A DNA stretch of 16,294 nucleotides from Candidatus Micrarchaeota archaeon (GTDB lineage: Archaea > B1Sed10-29 > JAJRYS01). The notes under the pieces are model-generated. The model was not told where the DNA came from. It saw nothing but the letters and a program-made list of their open reading frames with translations, and ran no database searches. Positions 7,666-14,678 of the stretch are shown here, piece after piece. The DNA lies in the NCBI GenBank assembly GCA_964496415.1, contig CAZBZN010000015.1:1-16294 (forward strand). Direction: 5' to 3'. The position numbers and the translations under genes were made by a program. The stretch's first letter is position 1. Every line of letters begins with the position of its first letter.

Positions 7666-8295
7666 TTAAGTTGAAAAAGCAGGATATGCTATTAAAAGAC
7701 TTAAACCAGTGAACAAAGAAGCAAAAGAAGGAATGTTAAAGAAGGAAGAGAACACGGTTGCTGTTACTGCTGAAAACCCTGCAAGCACTGCTGAAATCAT
7801 GACTACTTTTAGCTTAAGCCTTAAGTCAGTTCTGGTTACTCTTTCAAGTACTTTTCTTAAAACAAAAGCACCATAAAGCAAAACCAGTAAAGAAACAATC
7901 ATCCAAATCCTAACATGAGTGAAGTAAACTGCCTGATAACCATAGCCAGTCAAGACAACCTCATAAAAAGGAATCTCTGCTACTGACAAAAACAAAGGCA
8001 AACTAAACAAAAAGCAATGAGATAATCTTACTTTCTTTACAAAAGAAATACAAGTCAGAAAAAAGAAGCCAGCTGAAAGAGAAATACTAATTTGCATGAA
8101 AGAGTAAAAAAGCAAAGCTAAAGGCTTCTGTGAAGCATTAACGTATAAGAAATTAAACAAAAGCCAAAAGCAAACAGAAGTTATTGAAAGAAAGTAATAT
8201 TTTTTCGGCTCGTAGTCCAAGCCATTAGCTACTTTTTTCAAAAACAAAAGCATGAAACAAAGCACTGCTATTAATACAAGAGTCCAATAGTACAT
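7666..8295 (-). CDS. Stand-alone 7TM membrane protein, HisKA_7TM-like (paralogue 3)
   Basis: Seven hydrophobic segments, KKYYFLSITSVCFW, YGYQAV, DLRLKLKVV. Convergent with paralogue 2, stop codons abutting. Confidence 0.7.
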   Translation of the reverse strand: MYYWTLVLIAVLCFMLLFLKKVANGLDYEPKKYYFLSITSVCFWLLFNFLYVNASQKPLALLFYSFMQISISLSAGFFFLTCISFVKKVRLSHCFLFSLPLFLSVAEIPFYEVVLTGYGYQAVYFTHVRIWMIVSLLVLLYGAFVLRKVLERVTRTDLRLKLKVVMISAVLAGFSAVTATVFSSFFNIPSFASLFTGLSLLIAYPAFST

Positions 8296-8326
8296 AAACT
8301 ATTTTTAAAAAATTCTTATTTAAAAA

Positions 8327-9824
8327 TCATAAGCTATTAAATCTTTTAGAAAAATAACTGCCAAGATCAGTTATTTTAATCCTTTCTTGCTGCGCAGTGT
8401 CACGATTTCTTACAGTAACAGTGTCATCTTCCAAAGACTCGTAATCAACAGTAACTGCAAAAGGAACCCCTATCTCATCAACCCGAGCATACCTCTTCCC
8501 AATACTTCCAGAATCATCATACACTACCTCAAAATCACTGTAAAGCATTTCATAGACTTGTCTTGCTTTTTCATCCAAACCATCTTTCTTCATTAAAGGA
8601 AAAACTGCAATCTCATAAGGAACTACTTTTAAGTCAAGTTTAAGTAAGTTCTTCCCATCTCTCTTAGTAAAACCATTATCAATCAAAGCAAAAACACAAC
8701 GGTCAACCCCAAAACTTAACTCAAGCACATGAGGGACAAACTTTTCACCATCCTTCAAAACCTTAAGATTCTCACCTGACTCTCTTTCATGAGCAGAAAG
8801 GTCATGATCCCCTCTATAATGAAAACCAGCAACCTCCAAATATGATCCGAACATTGGGAAGTAAAACTCTGCATCAAAATGAAGCTTATTATAAAAAGCC
8901 CTTTCTTCCTCGTTTTTTTCATAAAACCTAAACTTCTCCAAAGGCAAGCCAAGACTTTCAAAAAACTGCTGCATACGAGCCAAGTAATAAACAAAAAACT
9001 CATCATACCCTTTCTCCACTAACTCTTTGCAAGAAACCACCTGCTCTCCTTTTTCTCTTTCACCAGCAAGCACTACTCTTACCTTATAATCCTTAACTTC
9101 AGAAAACCTGTCATGCTTTAATGCTTTAGGGTTGAAAAAAATCTGGCATTCTGCTTGAGTAAACTCCCTCATCCTAAAAAAAGCTCTTCTTGGAGAAATC
9201 TCATTCCTAAACGCCTTCCCAATAACACACAAGCCAAAAGGAAGCTTTTCACGATTAGCAGCATACTCTCTTTTAAAATTAACGTACGGAAGCTGAGCTG
9301 TCTCAGGCCTAAGGTAAGCCCTTGAAACATTATCAAGCACTCCAAATTCAACATCAAACATCAAGTTAAGAGTAGTAACCTCTTCAAAAGCCCCGCCACA
9401 CTTAGGGCATTTAATCCCATGCTTTTTCATTAACTCTTCAAGTTCTTTTACTGAGACTCCTTCAAAACTCTCGCCAAGCTCTTTTTCAAGAATCTGGTCA
9501 GCTCTTTCAACAAAACCACACCTAGAGCACTTCACCACAGGATCTTCAAAATGCTCTAAGTGNNNNNNNNNNCTCTAAGTGACCGCTTGCCTTCCAAATC
9601 CTTTCATGAGTAAGCACTGCAGGCTGAATTTCAAAAAAAGGTTCTTTAAGTTTTTTAGTGAAATAATAAAGCCAATACTCTTCAAACTTTCGTTTTATCT
9701 TAGCACCTACAGAACCATAATCATAAACTCCTGTAAGTGAGCCGTAAAGCTCACTTGAAGGATAAAACACTGCTCTCTTCAAACAAAACTCCATTACTTC
9801 ATCATACCTTGACTTCTCCTTCAT
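8327..9824 (-). CDS. glyS: Glycine--tRNA ligase (archaeal/eukaryotic homodimeric type); one gene of about 492 aa interrupted by a scaffold gap
   Basis: YDYGSVGAKIK, WKASGH, YLRPETAQ, GKAFRNEISPR...RMREFTQAE, PHVLELSFGVDR, anticodon domain SIGKRYARVDEIGVPFAVTVD. CTCTAAGTG is duplicated on both sides of the Ns, and collapsing it restores the frame. Start taken at ATG 9824 (MKEKSR). Confidence 0.95.
9563..9572. other. Assembly gap (10 N) with a 9-bp duplicated overlap
   Basis: CTCTAAGTG occurs at 9554-9562 and at 9573-9581. Confidence 0.95.
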
Positions 9825-9879
9825 GAATTGTTTTTTAAACCAGCAAAGCATAAATATCTTTTGGTTACAAGGTGAGCTC

Positions 9880-10650
9880 ATGGACTTAAAACAACTAAGA
9901 GAAAAAACAATTAAAAAAACAAGAGAACAAGTAAAAGAAAAACTTCTTCAAAAAGACAGGTTAATAATTAATTTGACAAGGACAATTTCAACTATTGACA
10001 AAACCACTAACTTATTATTTGAACAACTAAGAGAGCTTTACGGACTGCATTTCCCAGAGCTTTCAAGACTAAGAAAAAACATTGACCAATACCTTGAAAT
10101 AGTAGTGAATTATGGGAAAAGAGAAAACATTCCAGAAGAGCATGAACTAAAACAAAAAGCCAAAGAGTCAGCAGGCGTTGAACTTGGAGAAAAAGAAATG
10201 AAAGCAATAATCAGTTTTGCTGAGAAAATAAAAGCACTAAGAGAAGAAAGAAAAAAACTTGAAAAACTGCTTGAAGAAAAAGTAAAAGAACTAACGCCAA
10301 ACGCATGTGAAGTAGCAGGACCTCTAATAGTAGCAAAACTAATAACCGAAGCTGGTTCTTTGAAGAAACTCGCAGAACTTCCATCCTCAACAATTCAAGT
10401 AATGGGTGCTGAAAAAGCTTTATTCGCTCACTTGAAAAAAGGAGTAAAACCCCCAAAGCATGGGATAATATTCCAGCATCCTTTAATCCACAAAGCTCCT
10501 AAAAAACAAAGAGGACCAATAGCAAGAAAACTAGCTTCAAAACTCTCAATAGCATTAAAAGTAGACTACTTTAAAGGAGAATTCATCGGAGACAAACTAA
10601 AAAAAGAATTAGAAGAAGAAATAAAAACACATAAAATCAGAAAAACATAA
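9880..10650 (+). CDS. nop5: Nop5/Nop56/58 C/D box sRNP scaffold protein (short form, 256 aa)
   Basis: LRELYGLHFPEL, LAELPSSTIQVMGAEKALFAHL, PPKHGIIFQHP, RGPIARKLASKLSIALKVDYF. Start placed at ATG 9880, behind GGTGA SD at 9871-9875. Confidence 0.95.
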   Translation: MDLKQLREKTIKKTREQVKEKLLQKDRLIINLTRTISTIDKTTNLLFEQLRELYGLHFPELSRLRKNIDQYLEIVVNYGKRENIPEEHELKQKAKESAGVELGEKEMKAIISFAEKIKALREERKKLEKLLEEKVKELTPNACEVAGPLIVAKLITEAGSLKKLAELPSSTIQVMGAEKALFAHLKKGVKPPKHGIIFQHPLIHKAPKKQRGPIARKLASKLSIALKVDYFKGEFIGDKLKKELEEEIKTHKIRKT

Positions 10651-10693
10651 AAAATTTTAATAATAATTGGTTATTAGTCTAAAGGTGGGATTT

Positions 10694-10897
10694 ATGAAAA
10701 CTACAACTAAAGTGATATTAGATGAAAAGTTAGTTTACAGCTTTCTAAAACACTTAAACTTAGTGCTAAAAGATGTTGAAAGGATAGAAGAACAAATAGC
10801 AATGAATAAAGCACTTCAAAGACTCGAGGAGATAAAAAAAGGAAAAGCAAAACTAGTCTCAGAAGAGGAATTTGAAAAATTATTTAAGAGGCTTTAA
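10694..10897 (+). CDS. Putative type II antitoxin (RelB-like)
   Basis: 67 aa from ATG 10694 with an AGGTGG SD. C-terminal RLEEIKKGKAKLVSEEEFEK is typical of archaeal RelE partners. Stop lies 1 nt before the toxin ATG. Confidence 0.7.
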   Translation: MKTTTKVILDEKLVYSFLKHLNLVLKDVERIEEQIAMNKALQRLEEIKKGKAKLVSEEEFEKLFKRL

Positions 10898-10898
10898 A

Positions 10899-11186
10899 AT
10901 GAAAAGCCAAAAAGTAGGATTTCATCCTAATTTTATCAAAGACATAAAAAAATTTAAAAAAAAAGAACAGGACATTATTCTTAAGAAAATAAATGAAATC
11001 AAAGAAAATCCTGAAAGAAAAAGACTTCATTATACAAACAACTGCTACTCTGTTCGGTTCAAAAATTTCAGAATAATCTATTATTACCATAAAAAAGAAG
11101 TCTGGTTCTTGACAGTAGAAAAAAGAAAAAAAGTATATGACTCTTACCTTAAAAGATTAAAAGAAATGATTAAAAATTTTAAGTGA
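10899..11186 (+). CDS. RelE/ParE family toxin
   Basis: Basic 95-aa protein: FHPNFIKDIKKF, INEIKENP, YSVRFKNFRIIY, VEKRKKVY. Confidence 0.85.
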   Translation: MKSQKVGFHPNFIKDIKKFKKKEQDIILKKINEIKENPERKRLHYTNNCYSVRFKNFRIIYYYHKKEVWFLTVEKRKKVYDSYLKRLKEMIKNFK

Positions 11187-11192
11187 ACTGCT

Positions 11193-11861
11193 ATGAAAGA
11201 GATTTTTCCAGGAGTTTTCAAACAAGAAAAAGAGTTGTACACTTTAAACAAAACTCCAGGAGTCAAGGTTTATGGTGAAAAATTAGTTAAGGTGAGTGGA
11301 AAAGAATACCGCCAGTGGAATCCTTTCAGGTCAAAGCCAGCAGCAGCTATTCTTAAAGGCTTAAAAAACTTTCCAATAAAGCCAAAAAGTAAAGTACTAT
11401 ACCTTGGGATAGCTGAAGGCACTACTGCTTCTCATTTTTCAGACATAGTATGTGAAAAAGGAATAATAATAGGAATTGAAATTTCACCAAAGCCCTTTGA
11501 AAAACTATTGCTCTTGTGTGACGAAAGAGAAAACATAATCCCAATAATTGCAGATGCTAACAACCCAGAACAATACTTTGAAGTAATGAAAGAAGTTGGA
11601 AAAGTTGACGTGATATACCAAGACTTAGCTCAAAGAATACAAGCAAGCATTTTCTTAAAAAACGCTGACTTATTTTTAAAACCAAAAGGCTATGGGGTTT
11701 ACATGGTGAAAGCAAGAAGCATTGACGTGACCGAAAAACCATCACAAGTGTTTAAAAAAGAAGTTGAAAAAATAGAAAAAGCAGGTTATTCTGTTATTGA
11801 AAAGCTTGAACTCAACCCGTTCCATGAAGGCCATGCTTGTTTAGTCATTAAGAAGGAATAA
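11193..11861 (+). CDS. flpA: Fibrillarin-like rRNA/tRNA 2'-O-methyltransferase
   Basis: VYGEKL, EYRQWNPFRSK.AAAIL.GL, VLYLGIAEGTTASHFSDIV, NIIPIIADA, VDVIYQDLAQ, KARSIDVT, LNPFHEGH. Confidence 0.97.
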   Translation: MKEIFPGVFKQEKELYTLNKTPGVKVYGEKLVKVSGKEYRQWNPFRSKPAAAILKGLKNFPIKPKSKVLYLGIAEGTTASHFSDIVCEKGIIIGIEISPKPFEKLLLLCDERENIIPIIADANNPEQYFEVMKEVGKVDVIYQDLAQRIQASIFLKNADLFLKPKGYGVYMVKARSIDVTEKPSQVFKKEVEKIEKAGYSVIEKLELNPFHEGHACLVIKKE

Positions 11862-12285
11862 GGTACTCTGGAACGTTAAACACTGTTAGTTTTTCTCCAG
11901 TGAAGAAAAGCTTTCCGTCAACAGTAATATATGAAGTCACTGTGTTTGAAGCGTTTTCATTTGAAAGCACTACTGTAAGCTTGTATAACCCATGTTCTTC
12001 TGTTATTTCAGGAATGCTTACTTTCGTTCCTTCTTCAACAAGATTTGTTTGAATAAAATTCAAAGCAGCTTTCTTTGCTTTTTCAGGGGAAAGCTTTAGT
12101 TCACTAGAAGTCATTATCAAGTACACTGAAAATAAAGCAACAGCAGTAATCAAAGCAGCTGCTACAAAAGTAACCAAAGCAACGTCCCTGTTCCACTCAA
12201 TGCCTTGTTTTGTTTTGGTTTTAACAACTTTCCTTACTCTCTTTTTCTTAGCATTTTTTCTCTTAGCTTTTTTCACAGCCATCAT
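11848..12285 (-). CDS. Membrane-anchored protein homologous to the N-terminal (DsbC/DsbG-N-like) region of the adjacent oxidoreductase
   Basis: Basic N-terminus, one TM, then SPEKAK...GLYKLTV...TSYITVDGKLFF, matching SPIKAK...SVYEINL...ASYLTLDGEYFF in 12294..13226. GGTGA SD at 12289-12293. Confidence 0.7.
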   Translation of the reverse strand: MMAVKKAKRKNAKKKRVRKVVKTKTKQGIEWNRDVALVTFVAAALITAVALFSVYLIMTSSELKLSPEKAKKAALNFIQTNLVEEGTKVSIPEITEEHGLYKLTVVLSNENASNTVTSYITVDGKLFFTGEKLTVFNVPEYLIPS

Positions 12286-12293
12286 AAATCACC

Positions 12294-13226
12294 TTAACAG
12301 ACCCCAGTAGGACCTGATGAAGAACTGCTTAACTGAGCAGAACATTCCTCAGGAGGATTAATGAAAGCACTGCAAACAGCTTGTTTGTAAGCTTCAGAAG
12401 TCCTTGAGCCAGAGTAAAGCTTGTCATTAATGAAAACAGTAGGAGAACCACTCACTTCATAAATGTTGGTTAACTGTTCATCCTCTTTCATTAACTGCAC
12501 TCCTTCCTCATCAACACAGGCTTCTATTTTTGACTCATTAACGCCAACTGCTTCAGCAGCTTCCTTCCAACAGGAGTTTATTGTCTGCAAGCTGCAGTTG
12601 TAGTTAACGTAATCCAAGTAATCCCAGAACTTTTCAGGGTAGTATTTGTAAATACATGCTTGTCTCATGTCTTCCTGTGCTTCTAAAGAACCATGCAAGG
12701 AATAAACAGTATCATTGACAACCCTAACAATGAACACTGGTTCAAAAACTGCTTTTCCTTCAAGCAATCTTGCAACAGGACTTAAAGCTTTTTCAGCTTG
12801 TCTTCCAAAAGGACAGAAACTCATCACAAAGAATTTCACTTCTGGCTTTTCTGTCTTCTCATAACCCTCCGAAGTTTCTTCAGTTTCATTAATCAAGTCA
12901 GAAACCAAGAAACCCTGTGGGAAAAAATATTCACCATCTAAAGTAAGATAAGAAGCAAAGTTTTGGCTTTTACCATTAGCTTCAATGCTTAAGTTAATCT
13001 CGTAAACGCTTCCTTTAAGCTCTATTGAATCAATTGAGTAATTAAACTGCGGCGGGACAAGCTTGTTCAAAATCTTCTCACTCACCTGCTTTGCTTTAAT
13101 TGGCGAAACAGCATTATGCTGGTAACCAAAACCAGAAACATACATCAAGAAAACGCCAACCAAAAGAACCGTCAGCACGACAACACTTACCTTTAAAATT
13201 CTTATTTTTTCCTTTTCATCAGCCAC
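12294..13226 (-). CDS. Membrane-anchored thioredoxin-fold protein, DsbA/GILT-like
   Basis: N-terminal TM, FFVMSFCPFG active-site region, GILT-like SLHG..E..ED.RQAC, cis-Pro VSGSPTVFIN, Cys-rich C-terminus. Confidence 0.8.
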   Translation of the reverse strand: MADEKEKIRILKVSVVVLTVLLVGVFLMYVSGFGYQHNAVSPIKAKQVSEKILNKLVPPQFNYSIDSIELKGSVYEINLSIEANGKSQNFASYLTLDGEYFFPQGFLVSDLINETEETSEGYEKTEKPEVKFFVMSFCPFGRQAEKALSPVARLLEGKAVFEPVFIVRVVNDTVYSLHGSLEAQEDMRQACIYKYYPEKFWDYLDYVNYNCSLQTINSCWKEAAEAVGVNESKIEACVDEEGVQLMKEDEQLTNIYEVSGSPTVFINDKLYSGSRTSEAYKQAVCSAFINPPEECSAQLSSSSSGPTGVC

Positions 13227-13230
13227 TTAA

Positions 13231-13917
13231 TCATCTCCCTTTAAATTTCTTTTTCTTTAATTTTCTGCTATTTTGTAATCCATAAAAATCAAGAGTCTTT
13301 TGTTTAAAATTTTTATTGTTCACATTTAATAACTTTCTATGTCTTAAATCTAAAACCAACTCCGCTAAGTTTTTAGGCGTTATTATAATTCCAAATTCTT
13401 CAAGACTTGATTGCTTAACTTTTCCGTAAGAAGGTGTGGGTAATCCGAACTCTATTCCTTCAACATACTTCTTTCTTTGAAACTTTCTTAGTTTATCATC
13501 AACAAGGAAACCTTCCTTTTTAGTTTTTTTCTTAACATAACCATTTGTATTCAATTGCTTAGCAATAAATGATGAAATCTCTTCAGAAAACTTTGAATTA
13601 ATAAATACTCTATTACCCTCTTTAATAAACAATTTGATACTCTCTCTTAATTCCTCAAAATTAGGAATATTCTCCTTTAACCATTCAGAAAAAAATTCTC
13701 TTCCTTCCTTTGTCAATAATGCTCTTTTCAAAGCTTCTTCTTTTAACATCATTTCTTTTTTATAGTCCAGGCTATTCTCTTTTCTTAATCTTTTTATCTC
13801 TTCTTCTAGTTCCTTAGGAAATAAACCAGAACGCTTGAGATCATTATATAGCTTATTAACCCTATCTTTAGGAAACAAAACTCCAACAACATCCAAATAC
13901 AGATCCATACCTGTCAC
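13231..13917 (-). CDS. Divergent HAD-superfamily (phosphatase-like) protein
   Basis: Motif I-like LYLDVVGVL at the N-terminus, helical cap, motif II-like EGNRVFINSK..EEISSFIAKQL, motif IV-like FLVDD. Start is GTG 13917 or ATG 13908. Confidence 0.55.
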   Translation of the reverse strand: MTGMDLYLDVVGVLFPKDRVNKLYNDLKRSGLFPKELEEEIKRLRKENSLDYKKEMMLKEEALKRALLTKEGREFFSEWLKENIPNFEELRESIKLFIKEGNRVFINSKFSEEISSFIAKQLNTNGYVKKKTKKEGFLVDDKLRKFQRKKYVEGIEFGLPTPSYGKVKQSSLEEFGIIITPKNLAELVLDLRHRKLLNVNNKNFKQKTLDFYGLQNSRKLKKKKFKGR

Positions 13918-14678
13918 TTTTCCAATAACTCTGAAAGTTTTGGCCAGTAATAATTTTTCATTTCAAGAATATACTGCATATCATTAATCAAATTACTCCA
14001 CCTTTGTAAAGCTTCTAATTTGTCCTTACTTAAAAAACTCAACCTTTCAAGAGCCTCTTTTCTTTTATTTTTTTTATCTCTATTTTCAAAAGAAGCATAC
14101 TTCAAAATCCCTATATCACCCTTAATATGCTTAATAAAAGGGTGTTTTTCAACTAATTTAGGATCTTTTAATTCTTTTAAAATTTCAAAAATATAAGCCT
14201 CTTTATCTAAGGTAATTAAATCTAAAAAAGTTTTATTCACTTCTTCTTTACTCATATTAGGAACAAAACTTTCAAGAAGTTTTTTGAATTTTCTAGTAAA
14301 CAAAGAATAATAAGGCGCAGTGAGAAAGAAATAACCAAAAAATCTCAATGAATACTCATAATTAAATTTTGGATCTTCTCTTTTTATTGCTTCATCCATT
14401 TTTTTCATGCACTTTTTCATTATTTCAATTACATGAGACATAGAATCATATGAACTGCATAGCTCTTTTAATTTATCATTTAATTTTTTCAAATCACTTT
14501 CTTCTATTTCAATACCATATTCAGTTAATCTAAGAAACACCTCTTCTCCTAAAATTTCATGAATAACTTTCATTATTCCCCTGTATATCATCTTGTCACT
14601 TTCATCAAGGGCAAGTCTTTTCTTTTTAACTTTTCCTGAAAAATCCTTTGAATAAGTTATTGAATAATAAGTCTTCAA
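13914..14678 (-). CDS. Hypothetical mainly alpha-helical protein, possibly the detached substrate-binding domain of a PEP-utilising/rifampicin-phosphotransferase-like enzyme
   Basis: 254-aa ORF coupled on both sides by 4-nt stop/start overlaps. Family resemblance judged by eye only (LDLITLDKEAYIFEILKEL...KHPFI...). Confidence 0.45.
   Translation of the reverse strand: MKTYYSITYSKDFSGKVKKKRLALDESDKMIYRGIMKVIHEILGEEVFLRLTEYGIEIEESDLKKLNDKLKELCSSYDSMSHVIEIMKKCMKKMDEAIKREDPKFNYEYSLRFFGYFFLTAPYYSLFTRKFKKLLESFVPNMSKEEVNKTFLDLITLDKEAYIFEILKELKDPKLVEKHPFIKHIKGDIGILKYASFENRDKKNKRKEALERLSFLSKDKLEALQRWSNLINDMQYILEMKNYYWPKLSELLEK

Noticed and set aside
214..8295. 7TM proteins as microbial rhodopsins
   Set aside because: None of the three has a retinal-binding lysine (DxxxK or SxxxK) within helix 7.
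9546..9881. Separate 111-aa ORF, glyS pseudogene or programmed frameshift
   Set aside because: Explained by the N gap with duplicated overlap. The extended starts at 9881 (glyS) and 9823 (nop5) would overlap each other, and the SD-supported nop5 start is 9880.
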